A stretch of DNA of 64,000 bases from Ramazzottius varieornatus (taxonomy: Eukaryota; Animalia; Tardigrada): positions 713,378 to 777,377 of the forward strand of contig BDGG01000014.1 of assembly GCA_001949185.1 (NCBI GenBank), written 5' to 3'. The notes below the pieces were generated by a model. The model was not told the DNA's origin, searched no databases, and was given only the letters and a program-made list of their open reading frames with translations. The translations under genes and the position numbers were made by a program. Of this stretch, positions 25,897 through 39,000 are shown piece after piece. Position 1 is the stretch's first letter. Each line of letters begins with the position of its first letter.

Positions 25897-27633
25897 ATGA
25901 AGTTTTTACTGCCGATCGTGCTTGCTCTGACCATCTCGTGTGGCACAGTTAGGATTAGAGCTGCCTATTCGTACCGCAACACAGGTAATTCATACTACAA
26001 CGCAGGTAGTACTGGCCCGACGACAAGAGTCAGTACCGGGCCTGTCACTGCCACTCCCACAAGGTCCACAGCCACAACCGCAACCACAAGCAGAAGCACA
26101 ACGGGTACAACGACCTCAGCTACAAGTACCACCACGCCTCCTGTCGCTAGCCCTTCATGTACTGCCACTCCCAACCGTCCCGAGCCCCGCAGGTGCGGAA
26201 TGCCTTCTGGTGATATGTCCTTCTTCACGAAAGATCAGTTCACCGCACCACGATCGACCGCTCCCATTCCCTTAGCCAGCAACAATCCCAGCAACCGTTT
26301 CCGACGGGCGGCATTTGAGGAAGCCGAATTTAACGCCTCGAAAGCCTTTACAAAATTCAGCCAAGATCTGGACAGCAACAGAATAGTGGGTGGCAGTTTT
26401 GTACCCGATTCGAGAAACGAATGTTGGCAGGTACATTTCTTCTTTTAAACCCTTGCTGTTTCTTTCAATAAGTGTACACAGAGAAGGAATGTTATCTTTG
26501 CAGATCTTGTTAATAGTTAACGACGCTGCCGGGAGACCGATAAGTTATTGCGGTGGCTCTATTATTGGTAGCCAGACCATCTTAACCGCAGCTCACTGTA
26601 TAATTCCTAATGCCCAGACCACACCAGTGAGCCAATACGTCTATACGGGCAATTTGGATGTGTATTTTGGGGCTCAAGGAGTGGGGAGAGGGCCTAATTT
26701 TGCTCAGCCTGTCCCAGGCGATTTCTGTCCCGGTGCTATTAGGGTCGCTAAAGCCGTGCCTCATCCTAGTTATGTTTATGACTCATCAGACAACGGTAAG
26801 TTTTCCGTTTTCATCAAATGGAAATGCGGTGATATTTCGGTCATTTCCAAACTTCTGCGGGTTTCCTGTAGATATCGCTATCTTGACGCTGGTTGGTCCA
26901 GTCGATTTGACATCACCTTGTGCTTGCCCCATTTGTCTACAGTGCTCCGAGCCTCAACCGGGAGATGTATGTTTGCAAAGTGGATATGGTGGACAGGTGC
27001 AGCAAAACTTCCCGCGTGATCCAAGTGAGCGGTAATTTTTGAGAAAAATAGTGTATGATATTGATCCTGACACCGTATTTTGAGCTTCCGATGTCCGGAT
27101 GCGTTTCCCTTTCCTTTAAAATTTCCGCTAACGGTTTCGTTTCCTCTTATTACCTACTTTACTTAACTGTGTTACCAAAGTTGCACTTTGCAGACTTACC
27201 TGCTGAGCCGAATCCTATTTTGTTGAAAGTAGTGCCCCAGCTGGTCGTGCCCAAAAATCCAGACAACTGCTTCATCACGTTTGCTAACAACCCTGATGGT
27301 AGCAGAGGAGGTACAAACTTGGACAACATAATCTGTGCTGGAGGTCAGAGATCGGAGGGCACATGTTTTGGTAAGACGCATAGTGCTGCTTCATAAAATA
27401 CTGGTTGGAGTTGGATACCAGTCAATGATTTACGCGCGCCCGTAGGTGATAGTGGAGGACCGTTCTTCTGCTTGGACACGGCAAGCAACCGTCAGTACCA
27501 GGCCGGAATGCCTTCCCGTATTCCCAACTGTGGCATTCCCAGTTCGAAGGCAACGTTGTATATTTCTCTTGCCCGATACACAGATTTCATCCTAAAGAAC
27601 TCGGCGGCTGGGGATGTCTTTGTGTATCCGTAG
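25897..27633 (+). CDS. Secreted S1 (chymotrypsin-fold) serine protease with Thr-rich pro-region, 5 exons, ~447 aa
   Basis: Signal peptide; exons 25897-26430, 26504-26795, 26872-27024, 27194-27370, 27446-27633; R-IVGG activation site, TAAHC, DIAIL, GDSGGP catalytic triad intact; TATAAA near 25792. Confidence 0.92.
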
Positions 27634-28979
27634 AAAGCGAAATCTTTCTACACTATTTGGGTTTCGACAACCCAATTTTCGGTACATTGACTAAGATCGC
27701 GATTGTTGAAGAAACTGTTTTGAAGTTTTGGCACCCCAGGTCTTTTTGCAATTGCTGATGCGATAACATGGAACAGACATCGAGGAGCAGAAATCTGAAG
27801 TTAGATCTGAGTTCTGACCAGTGGTCAAACGGCCACGTCAGGAAGATCCAGAGGGGTTCGAATTTTTGTCCGAAAAATTTCTGACATCAAAATGACGTCA
27901 CACAGCGTACGACTACACACACAATCGGTTTGACATCAAACCCCCAAGCTGGTGTGTTATGGAGGTAAATCGCCCCTGAAGTTTCCGGCAGTATCATCTC
28001 AAAAGGGCGAACAGTTTCTTGAGACTTTCAGCCACGGCGAGGTACGGCAAACCTACCATCCGATGCCCCTGAATATTCTCTCAAATTTCCTGTCAGAAAA
28101 GGGTCATTGGTACCAAAAATAACGTACCGAAAATTAAGCTGCCGAAACCCATTTGGGGTTTTGGTTAATTTGGTGTTTCACATTGTAGTCTCAATATTTT
28201 CCGACCCCGTAAGCCTTTCCGAGAAATGCAACTGGAGACAAAAGTTACGTATTCATTCCGTTGTTTTGCATGCGATAAACGTGCCCAAAAAGTAAACAGA
28301 TACAAATCCACGCTTTCCGGAACATCGCAATCGCAAAATGCAGAATTAGCTCGTTCGATTTCAAGTACATACAGTTCTATGACTACCAAATACAATGACG
28401 ATCCTCACTTTTTTACTCCGTTACTGACAGGGCGGAATAACAGGGAGTGTGCGGTCGACTTCGAATTTACCTGTGGACATTCAAGCAAACGTAGAGAGAA
28501 CCCCAAGATACCGCTTTTGAACATCACGGGCAGGTTGTCACGTCTTCTTAGGATGAATTGCACATCAGCGACTTGCTGAACGCCAACTAGTTCGTTACCA
28601 TTTAGTTCGTTTCAGCCTGGAGAAGCTTGCTTCTGTGATGTAGTAAAGAAGTGAGGATTATATGATTTGGTTTCCACCTAGTTCACGTCTTCAGCGCTGT
28701 GCTCCTTCTGGAGCACAACACGCCGACAGGATGTTTACCCAATGTTTTCGATAGTCTTCGACGTACCTGGGAACGACTTTTCGAAGAAGTGAAAACACTG
28801 CTTACCTTCTTGTTCAAGTTCAAACTCGTTCCAACTTATAGGGATCACCCTGTACAATGGGCAGACAACAGTCCGGTGCAAGAAAAGATGAGTACGAACC
28901 ATGATGCGACAAGCCTTTTGCACATTAAAGCCAACGTAGTGACTCGGTGCACTTCCCTTGAAAAGAAGTAAGTAGATTC

Positions 28980-29816
28980 ATTCATGGTCGTTCCAGCTCT
29001 GGCTTGACTGTAGTACTGTGTGGCTGCTAGGTGCCTCTCAACCGGCCGAAGAGACGAGAGGAAAAGAACCCATGGCGCGCAGCAAGGACCGGCGATAGGC
29101 CGGACTAATTCAGAAGTAGATCAGCTGCAAAGCATAAGTAGGTATTTAGCATAAATACTGATTTTGTCCCAAACTCAACAAAAAAATCAGTTTTGTGACC
29201 AAATGCAACACGTATGATGACTAAAGCGACCAGATACGAACGAATTACAGATCTCAAAGCAGGAAATGCCAGGAATCATTTCCAGTGAGCTCGTAAAGAC
29301 GCCGATGAACCAGCTCATAAAGACGCCGATGAACCAGTTAGAGGCGATCAGGACCAAGGTAACTCTTGGACCTCGGAAAGCGTTGTAGTGATGTGGGAAG
29401 CAAATGGCGATTGTGCGATTGATGGCTAAGCAAACGTCGGCACAGCTGTACACGGCAAGGAAGAATTGATGGGCGACAGTGAATGGACAGGGTGGAATCT
29501 TGAAAGGGGGTGAGAACCAGTCTCTGAGAGTAAAGACCGGATATAGTGCCACGGTAGGCGCAAAGCCCCAGAATGCGAGGTTGAGAATGAGGAGCCGTGC
29601 ACCTCCTTCGGATGACTTGTCGGCGTACACGGCCATGAGGAAAGCCAAGGTGGTGAAGAATGCCAAAAATCGAAAGACGACCATAACTATGCGCAGTTCG
29701 AGGCTTCCATCGGCTAACGCACTGGTACTTCTGCACCAGCTGGCGTGTCCTGTCACGTTGATGGTCCCATTCAGGTAAAAATGCATAGAGTTCGATGTAT
29801 TGCAGGAGGTGTTCAT
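28980..29816 (-). pseudogene. Divergent class A GPCR, probably pseudogene
   Basis: N-glycosylated N-terminus, LLILNLA (TM2), LAINRTIAICFPHHY (TM3), 24-bp tandem duplication WFIGVFMS/WFIGVFTS; reading frame lost after TM4; 3' end approximate. Confidence 0.7.
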
Positions 29817-30071
29817 AGCTGCGACAAACTTTCAACTGCGGAACAACAACAGGAAGCTATTGATAATGAAGGATTCACGTATCCTCAGTGGACACTGTTC
29901 TCAACGTTAGCTGCTCATCCGGATTCAGGCAGGTTAATATACACTGGTGGCTCGCATGAAATCGTGCACTTGCAAGGTACGATTACACGTTCGATGAGAG
30001 ATTTCGGGACAGGCGGAAAGGACGGCAGAATGGAAAATCAACCGTAGAGAAGCGTCCATAAGGGTATTAGG

Positions 30072-30348
30072 TATAGAAGGCTCGGCGAAGCTAAAATAAG
30101 CCGTTTTAGGCGTTCTTAGCCGTGGCTAAAACTATTTTAGCCGCGGCTAAAGCAGCTAAAATACTTTTAGCCACGGCNNNNNNNNNNNNNNNNNNNNNNN
30201 NNNNNNNNNNNNNNNNNNNNNNNNNNNCGCACAATACATTCTAGCCGTGGCTAAAGTATTCTAGCTGCTCTAGCCGCGGCTAAAATATTTTTAGCCACGG
30301 CTAAGAACGCCTAAAACGGCTTATTTTAGCTTTGCCAAGCCTTCTATA
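30072..30348. mobile_element. hAT-type palindromic MITE related to 232-3395 (contains 50-N gap)
   Basis: TIR TATAGAAGGCTCGGCGAAGCTAAAATAAG / CTTATTTTAGCTTTGCCAAGCCTTCTATA; 8-bp TSD GTATTAGG (30064-30071, 30349-30356). Confidence 0.9.
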
Positions 30349-30375
30349 GTATTAGGGTGAACCAGCCGTGTAGTA

Positions 30376-30701
30376 AGTCCGAGGTAAAGGTTGTAAACTT
30401 AGCCACCCCATACTAGGTTTGTAAAGTTAGCCACGGCTGTGGCGCCTATTGCTTGGTTGACTATTTGATTGTCAGTCTTGGCTGTTTAACATGAGATTTC
30501 AACGTTCTTTTAATTGCGGATCTCTTGGATTCTCCGACTTCTCGTGTTGACTGTGCCTATTACCATTCGACAGCTCATTATTTTGTCTTTCGATCTATCC
30601 TTAAAAGTTTGGGACTGAGTAGTAGAGAACAGGCGAACTTAGACGGCTAACTTTACAAACCCGGTATGGGGCGGCTAACTTTACAACTTTTCCCTCGTAC
30701 T
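30376..30701. mobile_element. MITE with TA TSD
   Basis: ~57-bp imperfect TIRs (AGTCCGAGGTAAAGGTTGTAAACTTAGCC...) flanked by TA. Confidence 0.7.
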
Positions 30702-30954
30702 TAAGCTTCCGTACCGCCATAGCGCGGAGGCCTGCTCTATAATTTTCGTTCTCTCATCGTACGTGTACCTGCCTGTATTCCAAACGACGGCATCTTTAAA
30801 TCCCAAACAAAAGAATAACCCAACAGCTGGCGGACGGACAGGGATCCATCGGCAAACCTTCTATGGTATTTTCACCTTTTCCATAAGCCAGTAGGCGTTG
30901 TATTTTGTCAGATAGTGCCGGCAAACGAAAACCGAATTTTCGTTCAACAGGTTA

Positions 30955-31149
30955 TCACCTGATCGGAATAATCGTTCGCTGAACGACCACATACAACGAC
31001 TGACATCTGGCTGAATAGCGAAATGCTCTTTTCACTTTCATGATCATTGTGGGACCAAGCAAACTCTCGATGATCAGGGCCATGCTGATATATACAGATA
31101 GAAATGCTGGGAGTTTATTGAATTGCAGGAGCTGTTCATGACATGGCAA
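30955..31149 (-). pseudogene. Possible GPCR TM7/helix-8 fragment
   Basis: LSVYISMALIIESLLGPTMIMKVKRAFRY resembles the NPxxY-helix-8 region. Confidence 0.3.
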
Positions 31150-34100
31150 GATATCGAACTTTGAACTGCGGAGAGTGAAATGTGGCAGTCAGGAAAAGGA
31201 AGGAATCAAGATGGAACGCAATCAGGTCAATACACCCTGTCCGCGCCAACTTGCACCACCTGCCATTTCGACCCAAAAAAATGTCAGATTTCAGCTTCAC
31301 CATTCATGTTTCCACACACTGCATACAACTTTTCAAGCTGATGCGATCGAGCCGTCATTCGTTTAGATGTACTGTCAAACTGCGCGAAATACTTGACGAG
31401 AATGACTTCCAGTGGGGAAGACATGCCACAGCAGATGAAATGCAGTCCACAGAGTTCCATGTTAGAATTTTCGTTCTCAATCTCATGTAAACAGATGAAC
31501 AGCTACCTTAGTTGTCGGAAAGACTCGAAAAAGAACAGAAACAGTTCGAATCAACTTGGCAAATGATTTAAAACCAGCGAATTTGGCCGTTTGGTAGGAA
31601 AACTCGTTTCAGTGCAGAACTTCTTAATATTTTTTTCAGAACGGTAGATTCATCGCTCCAACCACTTTTTCTGCAGCCTGATCTTTGTTCTGATCAGTCT
31701 CAATAATATTATCATAGAACTTCAACGGGAAACTGGAAAAATAATTTTCGGAAACGGTCCCAGAAGCTTCGAAATTTGGTGCATTTTCCACTCTTGACCT
31801 CCCCGAGTTTAATGTCACTCTCAACTTTTATGAGAAGATTTCTGGCCAACAATTTTTCAAGAGATAGCTCGAAGGTTGTTGTACCGGGAGAAATCAGTTT
31901 GGGAGTGGAACACTGATCCTGTCGAGACAGGATCGATTTTATGGGTGGTAGCAAGTGGGTGCGGACAGGTTGTACAACGTCGGAAAAGCATCCTTTCCCG
32001 TTTCCCGTGTCTCAGAGCATCAATCGATGGTAGCTAGTGTCACGTGATCACCCTTAAGCATTCATTTTGAACACTTCATGCACGGCTGCCTCGCAGGCGT
32101 ACGCGCATCTGGAGTTGGCTAGTTTCCCATCACGCAGGCTCCTGGGACCTAACAAAGCAACCAACAGTTTATCACAATAGGTGGCGGACGAATACGGACC
32201 AACAGTACTCATTCCGTCGAACGGACTCTTTTCAAAAACCAGCAGGCACTGTGTTTTGAGCACCAATAAGTATGCAGGCTTGGATCATCTGCTGATCGGG
32301 TAGTCTTCCGCCGAAACAAGAAAGAGTTCAACGTTTCAATGAATAACGACCTTCCATTCAAGAATGTCAGCATTATTGGCAGATGGTTTTTATTGTCTTT
32401 AGTGTAGAAGCGGAGATGGTCCCGCATAAAGTCACGCAAGTCACGCAAGTATCTACAGCTGAATGCTGATGCGATCATCGGAGGCTGTTCTGATTGCTGA
32501 ATGCTGATGTCAGTTTTTACCCTCTCAAAGGCATTTTCTGCTTCTTAACCTGTTCCTTTGTACCAAAAGTGGAAGTGGAGCCTCGTTCTGCCTTAGCGCA
32601 CGACGCTGGGAACTTCTCGCATTTGTTTCAGGTGGCAGCCAGTAGTTGGAGATGTGTTCATCAGCGATATCGCTCTTGGATGATCAAGTAATCAAGTAAG
32701 TTCTTACTGTTGATTAACTTGATTTTTCTGTAGTTCGGAAGGCTCGAAACAACCCCGTCCGGACTTTTTGCTGCCTTCTCAATACCTGTTTGAACTGTTC
32801 CAGGGCTCATCCATGCACAAACGCTTCTTTTTCCTGGTCCTGAATCCTGGGCCCTGGGTGACTGGAGCGCCCAACAGATTCAACAGATTGGACACACCGT
32901 TGACATTTTCCTCTGTCTTGCGCAGTTGTTTTCTTAGCGACATCGCTGCTTCCGATAGCTTTCCTGTACCTACTCTTGTTACATGCTTAGAGTATAGTCA
33001 ACGACTTCTTGAATTTCTGCCTTCTTTCTTCTTTTTGTCGTTGTTTGCGGGTGTGAAGAACAGTGAAACAGACAATAATAAAAATCATCTTTTTGGGTTT
33101 TTTAGGGTTTTGTCCCAGTGAAAACCTTGAAAAATTTAGTTCTTTATGTCCGATAGACAGATATTTCCCAGCGGTAAACCAGTTCTGTCATTTTCATGTC
33201 AGTTTTTGGGTTTCCCGTGGGTTCATATCTGGACCATAGCTAAAACCTCAGGGATTCCAGTAGGTTTCAGCGACGGATCTTATGGCTGGGGCATCAGGGT
33301 TCGCACTTTTTACATCTCGTGAACTTCTCTACCGCCATCCCACCCTTCATGCTCTTCTGCTTTTCATTTCTCCAAAAAAGGGGGGTCTGTGAGCTCGCTA
33401 ACGGGACCGATGCAGCTCAGAAGAAGAGGTGGAAGGCTGTTGCACCGATCCTTCACTTCCTCCTGGCTATCACACCCAGACCGTGTACCACCTCGTGTCT
33501 AGCTGCAACGACTTTACCCATCGATGCGATCAGACAACCTCAACATGCTCAAACCAAAATCATCCCCGTTCGCTCATCAAGAATAGTCTTATTAACGATA
33601 GATTTGGCCACACTTTCGAGCGACATGTGCTCTGCAAGATACATTTCCACTGCGTTAGCAGCTCAGTCGCTAAGCACCTGGCTGCAGCTAAAAGAATCTC
33701 TTGTATTTTATTTTTTTTTGCTGTCGTGTGTGAACAAACCCTCAGTACTCCAACTTGAAAACCAAATTTCCATAAGTCTTAAAGTTTTGCCTAGCACGAG
33801 TTTGGGATAACAGACCATGACTCACGTCCTGACGTCACTTGTCAAGGTATCGTACTCTACACGTGCTGATGTTTTCTCCATCAGCAGCTCATCTGGATTG
33901 GTCTCTTTCAGACTACCTTTCGATGACGCTTGGCTGGCAGCATCAGTGATACTTCCAAGTGTAGGTTAACCTTCGTCCACGGCAATGAGGTACTTGTTCC
34001 GTGGTGGCTCGAGACAGACATTCAGTACTACGTGGCAAATGTCCCGAGCCTGTACCGTATAGTCGGAATTTGAACAGAAGCATTGCTCAACAGCAGCGCA

Positions 34101-34609
34101 TCTCCTCCGTCATTCTATGCTTCCCTGAACAACCAATGGACATGGTTCTCGCCATATCCATATACACCTCCAGCCCCGACGATGTAAGGGACGAATGTTG
34201 CCTGTGGTTTACATCCATTGTCATGAACTGTCTCTCAAATTCCTGATGTAGACGAGGACGGGCTGTTCTTCTTCGGAACTCATCATCAAACCCAAATCCC
34301 TCGATATTCGTTTCTTGTTCCGTTTTTGTCGTCTCGACTTGCTCAAGGGCTTCGGTCATCTTACTGGAATCTAACTTGGCAGGTAGTGAAGTTGTTACGG
34401 CAATGGGTGTCGGTCCGGGCTTGGGCGCGGTGCCGACCTTGGAAGGCGCAGCGGATAGGGGCGTCATGGTGGGACAAAGTCAAGCGCGCGCTACGTTGGG
34501 GAAAAGCAGATCGATTGTTAGCGGTAATCGAATCTATCCAGGTGCAGTGGACAGTGCAGCGTAGCCTACCGTCCGACAGATCAACGGTGGAGAGCTTAAA
34601 GTTATGGTA

Positions 34610-35780
34610 CATAGGGGGTTCAAAACGTTTTAAGCCGATCTTATTACAAATTACTGGTTCGCCCGAACTTGACAGCTTTTCAAAGTAAGCACCGCCAACC
34701 TCTATTTTACTTTTACATCGAGAAACCCAGTCGTCAAACAATTCGTGATGAAGGTTTCCATCAAAAGAAGCAAGAGCGTTATCGCTCGCGCTGTCGAGAT
34801 CTTCCGTCGTAAATGTTTTCTCCTTTAAGGAATCTTTCAGTTTTGAATACGGCTGAAAATTGTAGGCAGATAGGTCTAGAGAATAAAGGTGAGGAAGAAT
34901 AGTATGGAGCTCCTGTTGGGTCGAAAAGTCTGATATTGCAAGTGCGCTGTGCCACTTCGCGTTGTCGTAGTGAAGTAGTTTGCCCCGAAGTCCGCCTTTC
35001 GCACTTCTGTTTCGCAGAATGTTACACAGCGGTTTCAAAAATTTTTCAATGTAAGACGAAGCACCCATCGACCGTTCACGCGGTACCTTCGTACTGAAAC
35101 TAACACCGTTCCGACCCAGGAAAAAGTTTGACAACTGTTTATCAATGCGCTTCGGTGCCGTACAACCATGGGTGCGCCACTTCATTTCTCGATCCATTCC
35201 ATGTCATGTTCCTTCCGTTTTGGGTCGTAAAAGCAGACACAAGACCCATCGCTTGTCACCACATCGTACTTTCTGTTTGACTCGAAGATAGGCAGAATCT
35301 GCCCACGTCTACGTACTGTTCGCTGACGTTGGTCCTCCGTCAGTCCATGAGATACCCACCGAGCACAATTTTTGTGCAAATTCAGATCCTAGTGTGATTT
35401 CTGTTCGGCCTTTCCCACTGAGATGTCCAGTTCTTCCGCTACATTCTTGACGGTGGTGTGACGATCTTCTTCCACCAGCTTGTGTGTCAACATAATCTTT
35501 TTATCGGTGCGCGCCGTAAAAGGTGCTCCAGAACGTGGGGCTTCCAGATCGAGAATCTTTCGATGGAAATTTCTGTACTGGTGCTGAACAGTTGATTTCG
35601 ACGGAGATTCATCCCCCAACTTTCTACAATTCAAACTGGCAATTTTTTGCGAGTTTCAAGTCTATCCGTTCGGTCTTCTGGTAACGGACCGTAAACAGGA
35701 CAGCTTTTGTTTTGGACAGTGGCATAAAAATGTAGTTCAACAAGGGCAGTCACGCCTTAAAACTTATTGAACCCCCTATG
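34610..35780 (-). mobile_element. Full-length but inactivated mariner transposon
   Basis: TIR CATAGGGGGTTCAA... / ...TTGAACCCCCTATG, TA TSD; frameshifted transposase with WVSHGLT, VVTSDG, LHYDNAKWH, LYSLDLSAYNF (third catalytic D reads N). Confidence 0.92.
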
Positions 35781-36061
35781 TAACATTCATTGGTTAAACC
35801 AATGGCCGCAACTGCATCAACCCGAACAATAACACCGGAGGCACTACAGTCTACAGCTAGCGTCAAAACTTCAAGTATTTAAGGACTTGTACTCGAGTGA
35901 GGAGCCACTACCACGTGCCAGGAGCAAGTAAGTGGCCTCGAGCATCAGGAGAAAAGAACTTATATGATCGACGACACCGATTGTGCTGTAGAAACAAGAT
36001 AGATCTCAGTGTGTGGCCTTGGTGATTCGCTCTTGTACCTTTTTCAGGATCGGACGCCGGA

Positions 36062-39000
36062 TCAAGGAACAAATAACAGAGTGGAACGACTAGAATTACG
36101 GTCCGGGACGATCAGGTGAGCCGGTGACAGGTCCCACCAAGAATAGTAATCGGAAGGCTGGGTCCTGTCGGATAATGGTGAATTAACCTTCTCCGAAAAG
36201 TCGAAATGGAACTGCTCGTTATGGTTTTACCTGCGGACATGAACGGTCACTCCTACAGTCGTCACCAGTAGTAGCGCCAATGAGATCGTGATTGCAAGTA
36301 TAGTCCTGCGGTTTTCTGTGGGTAAACATCTCGGATGGTCGCCCCGATAGCCGCAAGACGGTACATTGGCCGGAGGACCCGATTGTGACCAGACCAGATG
36401 GTGTAGAAAAGGTGTCATTAGTGTTCCGTGTGTCGGGTTGAACAAGTACACCGGCTGGAAGCGGCAGAAGTTGAGAAATTACATGGGCTGCGTTCGCCGT
36501 CGAAATACTCTGAACCAGCAAACGCTTTACTACGGTACGTGAGCCGTAAGGTATACCTGGTACTCCATAGTTTCGGGATCAAGCTCAGACACAATCATAT
36601 CTGGATATCTCTCGCCTCCGCTGGTAATCGAGATGTCGCCCGTAGGCAGATAAAAAGTACGGTTGACTACCAGTTCAACAAAAGACCTGCCATCTGTTTG
36701 CATGAATGAGGACGAACTGTGCACTGATTCGTTCATAACCTGTCGAAAGTCAGACAGCTGGTGTTCTAGCCATAAAGAGCTTCTCGTTAGTGCTCCGTGT
36801 CTCAAATCGAAATATGAATTACTGTGACCGTACTTGCAGTAATTTAACAGTACCGGGACACTCTTCTCGTACAGTGTACGACAAAATTAACCGTTCAAAT
36901 GGGCATAACACTGCAGCTAGAGCTTATTTACAACTCAGCCAATGAGAATTATATCTTGCTGCATGCGCTAATTTCATCGGCTTTATCCATCTGGCTCCAT
37001 CCAACACCCATTTTTAACGGTTTATTTCGTCGTACACTGTATGGGCAACGTCTCGACATCTTAGGGGAAAAGATAGCAGAACGCATATTCGAAAAGCAAC
37101 GTTTTCAATATTCGACTCAAAAGATCGATGATTCTTCGACGCATTTAGAGTGTAGTGCTCCGGACGACACTCACAGTTTCACAAAAAGAGTGGGGAACTT
37201 TTAACCGCAGGTCGAGTTTAAAATTCAGCGGCTCAAAATTTAACCATGCGACAACACTCACTCCATATTTCCGTCTCTTGCAGTAAATTGTTCCGTTATC
37301 AGTTTTTGCTGTCGGAAAACCAGACTGTCCTGCGTGTATTGCAAGAGCCACAGCGACATAGTAGCTTTTGCCTTAATGGGACACTACTGGGACGATACGG
37401 TGACAATTCTTATTGCAGACCGATCACGCTGCGGTCACTGCACAGGTAGTCTACCAAATGACGATCACCGTATGGTCCAAGTACTATCCCATTACGATGC
37501 CGATACGTTACCGATCCGAAAGTACTGTCCCGGTACTGTCAAACAAATGAAAGCACGATAACAGAAATTTGGATTTTGGCGATTTGGAACAGGGGCTGGG
37601 GCCGGAAAATATCAACTTCAAACTTTGTTGACCTATTATATCTTACCGTCAACAGACAGCCCTAGGATGAAAACTCAACTGAACAAAAAGCTTTTGTACC
37701 TGCGCGAACATCAGCACAGATCCGTATGCAGCTACTGTGATCGCCGAAATCTGTTAGATCAAAGTTCGACATATGTTTCATATAATCTGGGATTTTTTCG
37801 GTCATGAAGTGAGGTTTTCTCACCTTCTGGCCTGGCTCTAAGCTGTAATTATACGAGCCATTAAGATCTTTCAGAATGAACTGCTCAATATCCGGTGGGA
37901 GCTTTTCAACATTGCGTGCGTTGTTGAACGTCAAACTCAGCAAACATCCATAAGCTTCGAATGCGACCTTGGAAGTATCAGTTATTCGCTGTTTACGTAA
38001 TACCATACTGCCCGAAGTAATTAGTCTGCCCAGCATCAATATACCTTGTCATACGGGTCGTTTGCTTTCCAGTACAGGTCAATAAATTCCGGCCATACTG
38101 AGCGTGGATTGACGTGCAAGTACACCTACCGAGCACACATCATGGGGTGAAGCCAAACGTTTCTCGAATGGATCATCTCGTTTGTTGCTCTTACGTATTC
38201 AGACTTATCCGCCATCCGATTCCTGTGCGCTGCGATCTGGGAAATTAAAATGAGAAAACTTTAATCGATTGAAAAAGAGCGAATGAACCGGGAACCTGGT
38301 ATGCTCACCATTATCCTTCGCACAACATCTGCTCTGGTCAAGAGGATTACGACTGTAACGACATCTTGTCAATCAAGTTTCCATTAAAATCGGGCAGCGA
38401 GGTCAATTTGTAACTTTTGCTTTGTTCCCTATCAACACACCTCTGGCGGAAATGGAAATTTGGTCCAGGTAGAAATTAAAGTCCACCGAACCCAGACTGC
38501 TGTCGATAGGCGCCGACATAAGTTGAAACTGCGGAGGCTTCAATAGCTTGTTTAGTAAACGACAGTTGACTCTGTAGCATACTGTCCGAGGTGTTTCGTC
38601 ACAAAGAACGTAAACAGTGGTCCAATTATAGTGGAGGAGAAATTGTCGCAGGAAGAGGCCAAAAACCGAGTTATTGCTAGGCGCTGTAGACAAAGCTGTT
38701 GGGTATTTTTTCCGGTCGGCGATGGCCGGGTCTGCGCCAACTCTGTCAATTCGAAAAAACTATGTACAGTAAGCTCTGTTTCATCTGCTGATGGATGGTA
38801 CTTTTGGCCTCCTGGCTATGTCGCCGTACATCTTTTGTGAATTCCGCAACAACTAAAAGTCTTACAGAGTTTTCGAAGTAATTTGGCCGTTTCCAAAATT
38901 TGAGATTAGTTCTTGATAATCCCGCTACCGGGTAAGATCAGCTGATAGCGCCTCTGATACCCGTTATGTACGATCCTGCACACTGTCCTACGCGTAGATC

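Noticed and set aside
30178-30227. 50-N runs here and at 39077-39126
   Set aside because: Assembly gaps at palindrome centres; true element lengths unknown
31636-34467. Short ORFs possibly from a decayed gene or transposase
   Set aside because: No motif or consistent splice model could be supported
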